DNA of 64,000 bases from Leucoraja ocellata (taxonomy: Eukaryota): NCBI GenBank assembly GCA_036785375.1, contig JAWMAR010000508.1, positions 992,001 through 1,056,000 of the forward strand, given 5' to 3'. This document shows, one piece after another, positions 11,358 to 22,915 of this stretch; the first letter of the stretch is position 1, and every line of letters begins with the position of its first letter. The notes beneath the pieces were generated by a model. The model was given only the letters and a program-made list of their open reading frames with translations, was not told where the DNA came from and did no database searches. The translations under genes and the position numbers were made by a program.

Positions 11358-11639
11358 ATTCTACAGTGAGGGTCACATCCCTCTCTGCTGTCCCGTGTTT
11401 ATTCTCTGCCACACACTGATAGACCCCAGCATCCTGCCATGTCAGCTGAGGGAACTCCATCCACAGCTCGTTGTTGGAACGTGTTGTGTTCAGCGTGACA
11501 CCGAGATGTCTCCACGTCAGGTTAGATGCTGGGAAACTCTGGACGGAGCAGAGGATCGCTGCAGAGTTTCCTTCCTTTACACTGACCCAGGAACTGTTCA
11601 CGTAATCGGGGGAAGTGATTGAGAGATTCCGCGGGGCAT
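11358..11639 (-). CDS. Siglec-like cassette A, Ig domain 4 exon
   Basis: 282-nt phase1-1 exon, a close paralog of the domain 3 exon, with canonical splice sites. Confidence 0.9.
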
Positions 11640-11692
11640 CTACAAACAGATAAAATTCAGCAATCAGTTTTGTGGCACTTCCATGATTAACA

Positions 11693-12722
11693 ATGTTACA
11701 AAATTTTGAGATTTAAAAAATCAAGTCTGTAATTTATCCCATCAGATAAAGCATACAAAGATGTTTAATTTGACACCTAATTCACTTTCATATCTCAAGT
11801 ATTTAAAAAGTTATGGCCATTTTCATACTCGGAAATTAGCATCTTGTTCCCTATTGATTTTCTATGGACATAACAAAAAAGCTGTGATCGCGTGCTGTCA
11901 AAAGGCCATAACCTTCTTAAAAATTAAGAGAACTGAATGAAATTTTCAGTTATCGTAGATTGAAGCATTCTGAAACAAATATAAAATAATCTTACTTGGA
12001 TGACCTGAAATTAAAACATATAATTAGTTAGTTACCCAAGTGTAGCAAATTTCAAACTTCAATTACTAGATCTAAACATCTATCCATTTCTTAATAAATG
12101 ATTAACATTTTTAAATAGCCCAAGTGTCCAAATAATATTCATAAATAATTCACAATACAATATGATTTTGAAATCTCATTTACATTAATTTATAGGCCAA
12201 ATGGAAGGAATTTAGTGTTCAATTGCTGCAAATTAAAGTCCATTTAAATCAGCTTTCTAGTGGGTTCCTGTGGAACGCGCTGGTTTAGAACGTTCACATT
12301 GCGCTGGATTTGTGCCTCAAATGCCCAGAAAAACACTGCGGGATATAAAGAGCCCAAAATGACCTACTCGCTATAGAAAACTTTGTATAAAGGGTTCTTA
12401 AGAAGCCCCTTTTTAATGTAAAAATAAGGTACATACCTTTAATTGTTTGCTTTATAAAACCCTGGGGCTGCGAGAGGTCGCGGGTTTAGTGAGTGATTTT
12501 TAAACTACTATAACTATTATACAAGGCCATAAAAACTAATAATACCTTTTGCGACGGGGTATTTCAGCGATTTTTCGTTAATGATTTACTAGGCTGAACA
12601 TTTTCGATTGGAACAGCCTAGTAAAAATCCGCTTTTAAACCCGCCCCCTCTAAACAGCGCCAAACTCTCACACACGGGCTGGGGCAGATTCTCAATGACG
12701 CTTCAGTTAGGTTTTGTAACAT
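11693..12722. mobile_element. About 1.03-kb AT-rich non-autonomous DNA element with 11-bp inverted repeats (copies at 29769-30778 and 58020-59047)
   Basis: ATGTTACAAAA at 11693-11703 and TTTTGTAACAT at 12712-12722. No ORF and no clear TSD. Confidence 0.6.
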
Positions 12723-13270
12723 ACCTACACAATAGTCTATGTTTAGGGAAATGAGAGATAGACAATGGTGTAGAGAGATAAAGAACAATGATTGAATGAT
12801 GAGCAAAAAAAGTAACCATGATAAAGGAAACAGGCCATTGTTCGCTGTTTGTTGGATGAGAACGAGAAGCTGGTGCGACTTGGGCGGGGGAGAGATAGAG
12901 AGATGGTGGCCGACTAGGAAAGAGTGAGATGCAGCGAGACCTGGGTGTCATGGTACATCAGTCATTGAAGGTAGGCATGCAGGTGCAGCAGGCAGTGAAG
13001 AAAGCGAATGGTATGTTAGCTTTCATAGCAAAAGGATTTGAGTATAGGAGCAGGGAGGTTCTACTGCAGTTGTACAGGGTCTTGGTGAGACCACACCTGG
13101 AGTATTGCGTACAGTTTTGGTCTCCAAATCTGAGGAAGGACATTATTGCCATAGAGGGAGTGCAGAGAAGGTTCACCAGACTGATTCCTGGGATGTCAGG
13201 ACTGTCTTATGAAGAAAGACTGGATAGACTTGGTTTATACGCTCTAGAATTTAGGAGATTGAGAGGGGAT

Positions 13271-15080
13271 CTTATAGAAACTTACAAAATTCTTAAGGGG
13301 TTGGACAAGCTAGATGCAGGAAGATTGCTCCCGATGTTGGGGAAGTCCAGGACAAGGGGTCACAGCTTAAGGATAAGGGGGAAATCCTTTAAAACCGAGA
13401 TGAGAAGAACTTTTTTCACACAGAGAGTGGTGAATCTCTGGAACTCTCTGCCACAGAGGGTAGTCGAGGCCACAGTTCATTGGCTATATTTAAGAGGGAG
13501 TTAGATGTGGCCCTTGTGGCTAAGGGGATCAGGGGGAATGGAGAGAAGGCAGGTACGGGATACTGAGTTGGATGATCAGCCATGATCATATTGAATGGCG
13601 GTGCAGGCACGAAGGGCCAAATGGCCTACTCCTGCACCTAATTTCTATGTTTCTATGTTTCTATGAAACGTCACCCTATTTCTACTCTCCAGAGATGCTG
13701 CCTGTCCCGCTGAGTTACTCCAGCTTTTTTGTGACTCTCTTCAGTTTAAACCAGCACCTGCAGTTCCTTCCTACACATTGTGGCTGCTGCACTGCGAAAT
13801 CTCCTCAAGGCATGTCTACTTTGAAGAAAATCTCCTCTTTCTGACAAGAGAGAGTCGTAGGGTGATAGTGTGGAAACAGGCCCTTAGGCCTAACTTGCCC
13901 ACACCGGCCAACATGTCCCAGATACACTAGTGCCACCTGCCCACATTGGCCCATATCCTACCAAACTTGTCGTATCCATATACCTGTCTAACTGTTTCTT
14001 AAACGTTGGGATAACTCCCTGACTTAACTACCTCCTCTGGCAGCTCATTCCATACACCAACTTCCCTTTGTGTGAACAAGTCACCCCTCAGGTTCCTATT
14101 AAATATTTTCCCTTCACCTTGAACTTATGTCTTATAGAAACTTACAAAATTCTTAAGGAGTTGGACAGGCTAGATGCAGGAAGATTGTTCCCGATGTTGG
14201 GGAAGTCCAGGACAAGGGGTCACAAATTAAGGATAAGGGGGAAATCCTTTAAAACCGAGATGAGAAGAACTTTTTTCACACACAGAGTGGTGAATCTCTG
14301 GAACTCTCTGCCACAGAGGGTAGTCGAGGCCACAGTTCATTGGCTATATTTAAGAGGGAGTTAGATGTGGCCCTTGTGGCTAAGGGGATCAGGGGGTATG
14401 GAGAGAAGGCAGGTACGGGATACTGAGTTGGATGATCAGCCATGATCATATTGAATGGCGGTGCAGGCACGAAGGGCCAAATGGCCTACTCCTGCACCTA
14501 ATTTCTATGTTTCTATGTTTCTATGAAACGTCACCCTATTTCTACTCTCCAGAGATGCTGCCTGTCCCGCTGAGTTACTCCAGCTTTTGTGTGACTCTCT
14601 TCAGTTTAAACCAGCACCTGCAGTTCCTTCCTACACATTGTGGCTGCTGCACTGCGAAATCTCCTCAAGGCATGTCTACTTTGAAGAAAATCTCCTCTTT
14701 CTGACAAGAGAGAGTCGTAGGGTGATAGTGTGGAAACAGGCCCTTAGGCCTAACTTGCCCACACCGGCCAACATGTCCCAGATACACTAGTGCCACCTGC
14801 CCACATTGGCCCATATCCTACCAAACTTGTCGTATCCATATACCTGTCTAACTGTTTCTTAAACGTTGGGATATCTCCCTGACTTAACTACCTCCTCTGG
14901 CAGCTCATTCCATACAACAACTTCCCTTTGTGTGAACAAGTCACCCCTCAGGTTCATATTAAATATTTTCCCTTCACCTTGAACTTATGTCTTATAGAAA
15001 CTTACAAAATTCTTAAGGAGTTGGACAGGCTAGATGCAGGAAGATTGTTCCCGATGTTGGGGAAGTCCAGGACAAGGGGT
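13271..15080 (+). repeat. 860-bp tandem duplication (CR1 3' end + SINE + CR1 pieces), about 2.1 copies
   Basis: ORFs at 13572/14432 and 14068/14928 recur at an exact 860-bp period. Also present in C (about 59.6-61.4 kb) and absent in B. Confidence 0.85.
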
Positions 15081-15775
15081 GAAGAAAGCGAATGGTATGT
15101 TAGCTTTCATAGCAAAAGGATTTCAGTATAGGAGCAGGGAGGCTCTACTGCAGTTGTACAGGGTCTTGGTGAGACCACACCTGGAGTATTGCGTACAGTT
15201 TTGGTGTCCAAATCTGAGGAAGGACATTATTGCCATAGAGGGAGTGCAGAGAAGGTTCACCAGACTGATTCCTGGGATGTCAGGACTGTCTTATGAAGAA
15301 AGATTGGATAGACTTGGTTTATACTCTCTAGAATTTAGGAGATTGAGAGGGGATCTTATAGAAACTTACAAAATTCTTAAGGGGTTGGACAGGCTAGATG
15401 CAGAATGATTGCTCCCGATGATGGGGAAGTCCAGGACAAGGGGTCACAGCTTAAGGATAAGGGGGAAATCCTTTAAAACCGAGATGAGAAGAACTTCTTT
15501 CACACAGAGAGTGGTGAATCTCTGGAACTCTCTGCCACAGAGGGTAGTTGAGGCCACAGTTCATTGGCTATATTTAAGAGGGAGTTAGATGTGGCCCTTG
15601 TGGCTAAGGGGATCAGTGGGTATGGAGAGAAGGCAGGTACGGGATACTTAGTTGGATGATCAGCCATGATCATATTGAATGGCGGTGCAGGCTCGAAGGG
15701 CCGAATGGCCTCTACTCCTGCACCTAATTTCTATGTTTCTATGTTTCTAGGACATGTCAGTGTGTGTCTACTCAC

Positions 15776-16057
15776 ATTCTACAGTGAGGGTCCCATTCCT
15801 CTCTGCTGTCCCGTGTTCATTCTCTGCCACACACTGATAGACCCCAGCGTCCTGCCATGTCAGCTGAGAGAACTCCATCCACAGTTCGTTGTTGGAACGT
15901 GTTGTGTTCAGCGTGGCACCGAGATGTCTCCACGTCAGGTTAGATGTTGGGAAACTGTGGACAGAGCAGAGGATCGCTGGAGAGTTTCCTTCATTTATAC
16001 TGACCCAGGAACTGTTCACGTCATCGGGGGAAGTGATTGATAGATTCTGGGGGGCGT
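15776..16057 (-). CDS. Siglec-like cassette A, Ig domain 3 exon
   Basis: 282-nt phase1-1 exon with the B-strand Cys, C-strand Trp and DAGVYQC motif, and canonical splice sites. Confidence 0.9.
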
Positions 16058-16718
16058 CTACAAACAGATAAAATTCAGCAATCAGTTTTGTGGCACTTAC
16101 ATAGAAACATAGAAATTAGGTGCATGAGTATGCCGTTCGGCCCTTCGAGCCTGCACCGCCATTCAATATGAACATGGCTGATCATCCAACTCAGTATCCA
16201 GTACCTGCCTTCTCTCCATACCCCCTGAGCCCCTTAGCCACAAGGGCCACATCTAACTCCCTCTTAAATATAGCCAATGAACTGTGGCCTCGACTACCCT
16301 CTGCGGCAGAGAGTTCCAGAGATTCACCACTCTCTGTGTGAAAAAACGTTCTTCTCATCTCGGTTTTAAAGGATTTCCCCCTTATTCTTAAGCTGTGACC
16401 CCTTGTCCTGGACTTCCCCAACATCGGGAGCAATCTTCCTGCATCTAGCCTATCCAACCCCTTAAGAATTTTGTAAGTTTCTATAAGATCCCCTCTCAAT
16501 TACCTAAATTCTAGAGAGTATAAACCAAGTCTATCCAGTCTTTCTTCATAAGACAGTCCTGACATCCCAGGAATCAGTCTGGTGAACCTTCTCTGCACTC
16601 CCTCTATGGCAAGAATGTCCTTCCTCAGATTTGGAGACCAAAACTGTACGCAATACTCCAGGTGTGGTCTCACCAAGACCCTGTACAACTGCAGTAGAAC
16701 CTCCCTGCTCCTATACTC

Positions 16719-17795
16719 CTATGGGAGAAGCCAGAGGGTAATGGTGGATGGCTGTTTTTCGGGTTGGAGGCAGTTGATTAGTGGGGTGCCTCGGGGACCT
16801 GTGTTGGGTCCTTTTTTGTTTGTCATGTACATCAATGATCTGGATGAAGGTGTGGTAAATTGGATTAGTAAGTATGCAGATGATACCAAGATAGGGGGAG
16901 TTGTGGATAATGAAGAGGATTTCCAAAGTCTACAGAGTGATTTAGGCCATTTGGAAAAATGGGCTGAAAGATGGCAGATGGAGTTTAATGCTGATAAATG
17001 TGAGGTGCTACACCTTGGCAGGACAAATCAAAATAGGACGTACATGGTAAATGGTATGGAATTGAAGAATACAGTTGAACAGAGGGATCTGGGTATAACC
17101 GTGCATAGTTCCTTGAAGGTGGAATCGCATATAGATAGGGTGGGAAAGAAAGCTTTTGGTATGCTAGCCTTTATAAATCAGAGCATTGAGTATAGAAGCT
17201 GGGATGTAATGTTAAAATTGTACAAGGCATTGGTGAGACCAAATCTGGAGTATGGTGTACAATTTTGGTCGCCCAATTATAGGAAGGATGTCAACAAAAT
17301 AGAGAGAGTACAGAGGAGATTTACTAGAACGTTGCCTGGGTTTCAACAACTAAGTTACAGAGATAGGTTGAATAAGTTAGGTCTTTATTCTCTGGAGCGC
17401 AGAAGGTTAAGGGGGGACCTGATAGAGGTCTTTAAAATGATGAGAGGGATAGACAGAGTTGATGTGGACAAGCTTTTCCCTTTGAGAATAGGGAAAATTC
17501 AAACAAGAGGACATGACTTCAGAATTAAGGGACAGAAGTTTAGGGGTAATATGAGGGGGAACTTCTTTACGCAGAGAGTGGTGGCGGTGTGGAATGAGCT
17601 CCCAGTGGAAGTGGTGGAGGCAGGTTCATTGGTATCATTTAAAAATAAATTGGATAGGCATATGGATGAGAAGGGAATGGAGGGTCATGGTATGAGTGCA
17701 GGCAGGTGGGACTAAGGGGAAAAAATTGTTCGGCATGGACTTGTACGGCCGAGATGGCCTGTTTCCGTGCTGTAATTGTTATATGGTTATATGGT
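16719..17795 (+). mobile_element. CR1 LINE with RT domain, nested inside a minus-strand CR1 (16098-17935)
   Basis: GVPRGPVLGPFLFVMYINDL...SKYADDTKIGG in an open frame. TSD-like tatactc at 16712-16718 and 17796-17802. Confidence 0.9.
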
Positions 17796-18112
17796 TATAC
17801 TCAAATCCTTTTGCTATGAAAGCTAACATACCATTCGCTTTCTTCACTGCCTGCTGCACCTGCATGTCTACTTTCAATGACTGGTGTACCATGACACCCA
17901 GGTCTCGCTGCATCACCCCTTTTCCTAGTCGGCCACCAGGTTATGGGGAGAAGGCAGGAGAAAGGGGTTAGGAGGGAGAAATAGATCAGCCGTGATTGAC
18001 TGGCGGAGTGGACTTGATGGCCTAGTTCTGCTCATATCGCCTATGACCTTGTATACCAGCACTGCTAATGGATTATTGCTGTTCCTCCACAATGAACGAT
18101 CTCCGTACTTAC

Positions 18113-18406
18113 ATTGAACAGCCATTGTGAGGATCTGCTCGGATGAGACTGCTGGGTATGCGACTCTGCAGGTGAGGTTTTGCCCGTGATGTTTGAGTGC
18201 TGGGGTCAGGTACAGAACAGAAGTATATGTCAGAGTGTCTCCCTGCTGAGTTACGCTGCGTGAGGCTAACGGCGGTTCATCAGCGGGGGTGACCCAGGTT
18301 AAGGTGGGGGCTGTTCCATCACACGTGGTGTAGAAGGAGCAGGTCATGTTCACAGGCCGACCTGCCACCATTTCAGCAGGGAATATCGTGGGTTTATCTG
18401 TGAAAT
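18113..18406 (-). CDS. Siglec-like cassette A, domain 2 (C2-set) exon
   Basis: 294-nt phase1-1 exon, (D)FTDKPTIFPAEMVAGRPVNMTCSFYTTCDGTAPTLTW...SVLYLTPALKHHGQNLTCRVAYP...VQ. The extra Cys after the B-strand Cys is typical of Siglec domain 2. Confidence 0.92.
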
Positions 18407-21346
18407 CTAACACACACAGAAACAGATACTGTTAGTTAAATATAACAAGATACCTCAGTTCACATGGTAATCCCAGTCCCGCACGAGGAAGAATGTTTTT
18501 ACAAGGTACAGAAGTGTGAAAACACACACCTCCAGATTATCAAGGACCAGTCTCACTTCCTCTCCCCTCCTCTCCCACCGGTCAAAAGGTACTAGAATGT
18601 TGCCTGGGTTTCAACAACTAAGTTACAGAGATAGGTTGAATAAGTTAGGTCTTTATTCTCTGGATCGCAGAAAGTTAAGGGGGGACTTGATAGAGGTCTT
18701 TAAAATGATGAGAGGGATAGACAGAGTTGATGTGGACAAGCTTTTCCCTTTGAGAATAGGGAAGATTCAAACAAGAGGACATGACTTCAGAATTAAGGGA
18801 CAGAAGTTTAGGGGTAATATGAGGGGGAACTTCTTTACTCAGAGAGTGGTAGCTGTGGAAAAAAAATGTTGGTGGCAAAAACAGGAAAGCAGACTATTAT
18901 CTAAATGGTGGCCGACTAGGAAAAGGGGAGATGCAGCGAGACCTGGGTGTCATGGTACACCAGTCATTGAAGGTAGGCATGCAGGTGCAGCAGGCAGTGA
19001 AGAAAGCGAATGGTATGTTAGCTTTCATAGCAAAAGGATTTCAGTATAGGAGCAGGGAGGTTCTACTGCAGTTGTACAGGGTCTTGGTGAGACCACATCT
19101 GGAGTATTGCGTACAGTTTTGGTGCCCAAATCTGAGGAAGGACATTATTGCCATAGAGGGAGTGCAGAGAAGGTTCACCAGACTGATTCCTGGGATGTCA
19201 GGACTGTCTTATGAAGAAAGACTGGATAGACTTGGTTTATACTCTCTAGAATTTAGGAGACTGAGAGGGGATCGTATAGAAACTTACAACACTCTTAAGG
19301 GGTTGGACAGGCTAGATGAAGGAAATTGCTCCCGATGTTGGGGAAGTCCAGGACAAGGGGTCACAGCTTAAGGATAAGGGGGAAATCCTTTAAAACCGAG
19401 ATGAGAAGAACTTTTTTTCACACAGAGAGTGGTGAATCTCTGGAACTCTCTGCCGCAGAGGGTAGTCGAGGCCAGTTCATTGGCTATATTTAAGAGGGAG
19501 TTAGATGTGGCCCTTGTGGCTAAGGGGATCAGAGGGTATGGAGAGAAGGCAGGTACGGGATACTGAGTTGGCTGATCAGCCATGATCATATTGAATGGCG
19601 AATGGTGCAGGCTCGAAGGGCCGAATGGCCTACTCCTGCACCTAATTTCTATGTTTCTATGTTTCTGTGTCTAAGACAATTCCCCATATCTCCGAGCCTG
19701 TCTCGAAGGCAAACCAGGCTAAAATACTGAACCTGGCTCAACACACTTCTGGCCAAATTCCAACCTTATTGGAATACTAGCAATGTCCAGTTTTACCTGG
19801 TTAAATTGCCTCCGACAATGTCTCAATTATTTGAGTATTGTACAGCCAATTGTAAATCTTAGCAACTTGTTCGTGGTCACTTAGTTGTAAAGTAACTCTG
19901 GTCAGCGTTCATGCTGATACCAGCTTCAGTGAACCGCTTACTGCCGATGAAGCCGTGGGGTGCGTTGTCCACGAAACTATGAAGCCTTCCTCGTCATTGA
20001 CCTAATTGGTCTAACAGTTTTGCTTCCTCCTTCAGGTTTTGCCTGTAGAATAGGTATTACCTGAATAGAAGATTCGGCAGGTGGCTGTAACGTCCCCTGA
20101 TAATGGTGTTCACTGCATTGTGTTGGGTGGCAACCTTACTGCCAGGAATCGTACCTCTGACACATGCCCTCCATCCCTTGAGGTATGCCCCACGCTATAC
20201 CCTCAGCCTCGGCATCAGATTTACACTGACCCGGCATGTTCTCCTCCTCCTCCATAAGGGAGACATTAAGCAGCCCTACTAAAAGGTGCAGCTGGCGCGG
20301 CCTCTCAAACAGGCCCACCCTTCAGGGTCAGAACTTAGAAACATAGAAACATAGAAATTAGGTGCAGGAGTAGGCCATTCGGCCCTTCGAGCCTGCACCG
20401 CCATTCAATATGATCATGGCTGATCATCCAACTCAGTATCCCGTACCTGCCTTCTCTCCATACCCTCTGATCCCCTTAGCCACAAGGGCCACATCTAACT
20501 CCCTCTTAAATATAGCCAATGAACTGTGGCCTCGACTACCCTCTGCGGCAGAGAGTTCCACAGATTCACCACTCTCTGTGTGAACAAAGTTCTTCTCATC
20601 TCGGTTTTAAAGGATTTCCCCCTTTAAGAGGGAGTTAGATGTGGCCCTTGTGGCTAAGGGGATCAGGGGGTACGGAGAGAAGGCAGGTACGGGATATTGA
20701 GTTGGATGATCAGCCATGATCATATTGAATGGCGAATGGTGCAGGCTCAAAGGGCCGAATGGCCTCTACTCCTGCACCTAATTTCTATGTATCTATGTTT
20801 CTATATAACCATATAACAATTACAGCACGGAAACAGGCCATCTCGACCCGTCTAGTCCGTGCTGAACACATATTCTCCCCTAGTCCCATATACCTGCGCT
20901 CAGACCATAACCTTCCATTCCCTTCCCGTCCATATAACTATCCAATTTATTTTTAAATGATAAAAACGAACCTGCCTCCACCACCTTCACTGGAAGCTCA
21001 TTCCACACTGCTACCACTCTCTGAGTAAAGAAGTTCCCCCTCATGTTACCCCTAAACTTCAGTCCCTTAATTCTCAAGTCATGTCCCCTTGTTTGAATCT
21101 ACCCTACTCTCAGTGGGAAAAGCTTTTCCACATCAACTCTGACTATCCCTCTCATCATTTCAAAGACCTCTATCGAGTCCCCCTTAACCTTCTGCGCTCC
21201 AAAGAATTAAGCCCTAACTTGTTCAACCTTTCTCTGTAACTTAGTTGCTGAAACCCAGGCAACATTCTAGTAAATCTCCTCTGTACTCTCTCTAACAGCT
21301 GGGAAGAAACTGTTGAGTGAATGAGTGAATTATACGGGACACTTAC

Positions 21347-21712
21347 CAATAACACGGAGCTGTGTTGGAGGGTGGTAGTTGTAACGATTTCCATCTCCAA
21401 AATCAACTCTGAAAAAATAAGGACCTGTATCTTGCTGCCTGACGTTGTCTATAACCAGGGAACAGTCCTTGTCTCTCAGGAATCCTGACAGCCGGGTCCG
21501 ATGCTGAAACTGTGTTGATATTACACTGGGATACCTGGAGTGGAAGGCTACAGACCGATGGTTCTGTGTCTCACTGTTATACCAGATTCCAGTCCGTGGT
21601 TTTTTATTTAGATACGACGGGTGCCTGTACTGACACGGAATCCGTGCACACAGGCCATTCTGCGCTGTCACATGTGGTGGATCCCACGGTCTCCACTGTC
21701 CCGACACCACGG
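21347..21712 (-). CDS. Siglec-like cassette A, V-set sialic acid-binding domain exon
   Basis: 366-nt phase1-1 exon. It has an N-terminal Trp, a B-strand C-x4-C (GLCARIPC), an E-strand Cys (DCSL), the F-strand YFFR arginine in place of the usual Ig F-strand Cys, and G-strand aromatics (RYNY). Confidence 0.93.
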
Positions 21713-21849
21713 CTGAGGAGAGAAGGAACAATCTTTAGCAGTGAACACCCTGTCAGTTCACTGGACTCACTCTCCACACATTTTATCCTGCGCTGTGGGC
21801 CTGGTGTGTACAGAGCGGGGAAGAGTGGCGTGGTGGTGTAGTGGTAGAG

Positions 21850-22670
21850 CCTCACTCCTCACCCCCCCCCCCCCTCACACAGTCCGTCACTCCCTCTTCA
21901 CCCCCCCCCCCTCACACAGTGTGTCACTTCCACCTCCCCCCCCACAGTGTGTGTCACTCCCTACAACAGTGCATCACTCCCTCCCACAGTATGTCACTCC
22001 TCACCACCCCCCCACAGTGCATCACTACCTCCCACAGTGCATCACTCCCTCCTCACTGCCCCCCCACAGTTCGTCACTCCCTCATCACTGCCCCTCCCAC
22101 AGTGTGTGTGTCACTCCCTACAACAGTGCATCACTCCCTCACACAGTGTGTCACTCCTCACTGCCCCCCCCCCACAGTGCGTCACGCGGCCCTCACCACC
22201 CCTCCCACAGTGCATCACTCCCTCCTCACCCCCCCCCCCCATAGTGTGTGTAACTCCATCCTCACCCCCTCCCACAGTGCGTCGCTCCCTCTTCACCGTC
22301 CCCCCCCCCACAGTGCGTTACTCCCTCTTCACTGCGCCTCCCACACTGCATCACTCCCTCCCACAGCGCATCACTCCCTCCCACACTGATCTCTCCTCCC
22401 ACAGTGCATCACTCCCTCCTCACCGCCCCTCCCACACTGCATCACTCCTCCCACAGTGCGTCACTCCCTCTCACAGTGCATCACTCCCTCCCACACTGCA
22501 TCACTCCTCTCACAATGCATCGCTCCCTCCTCACCCCCCCCCCCCCCCACAGTGCATCACTCCCTCCCACAGTGTCTCACTCCCTCATCACCGCCCCTCC
22601 CACAGTGCGTTACTCCCTCCCACAGTGCATCACTCCCTCCTCACCGCACCTTCCACAGTGCGTCACTCCC
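21850..22670. repeat. C-rich minisatellite (cacagtgcatcactccctcc-like units) in the intron 5' of the V exon
   Basis: Degenerate tandem array. A shorter version is at 37845-38465. Confidence 0.9.
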
Positions 22671-22915
22671 AGGGACAAGTAGAGTTTCCCTTGTGGCCAG
22701 GGCCCGGAGCGCAAGGAGCACCGCCACTCCACCTCGGGCCCATAGGGGGAGGAGTGACTCTGCTGTCAGCGACCGAAGGACTGGTGATGGGATCTAGGGA
22801 GTTGGCAGGGCCGAAGATGGCCTGGCTGGGTTGCTCCTGGGCCTGGCCAAGCTGGCCATCCGCGAGTCACGGTGCCAGGCGGAAGAGGGCTTTGCCTGAA
22901 CAGTTGCTTGCATCT
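22670..22915 (+). mobile_element. Tx1-like ORF2 C-terminal remnant (paralog at 38465-38712)
   Basis: EDGLAGLLLGLAKLAIRESRCQAEEG, homologous to the 4107-4582 element. Confidence 0.65.

Noticed and set aside
16582-17715. 377-aa reverse transcriptase ORF as an active or domesticated gene
   Set aside because: A 5'-truncated CR1 fused in frame to antisense CR1 sequence. It lacks the endonuclease and the start of the RT domain.
21347-21712. Rearranging antigen-receptor V segment (Ig/TCR/NAR), or naming the gene MAG or CD22
   Set aside because: The exon already encodes its G strand, lacks the canonical F-strand Cys and has no 3' RSS. Domain count and tail do not match MAG or CD22, so no symbol is assigned.
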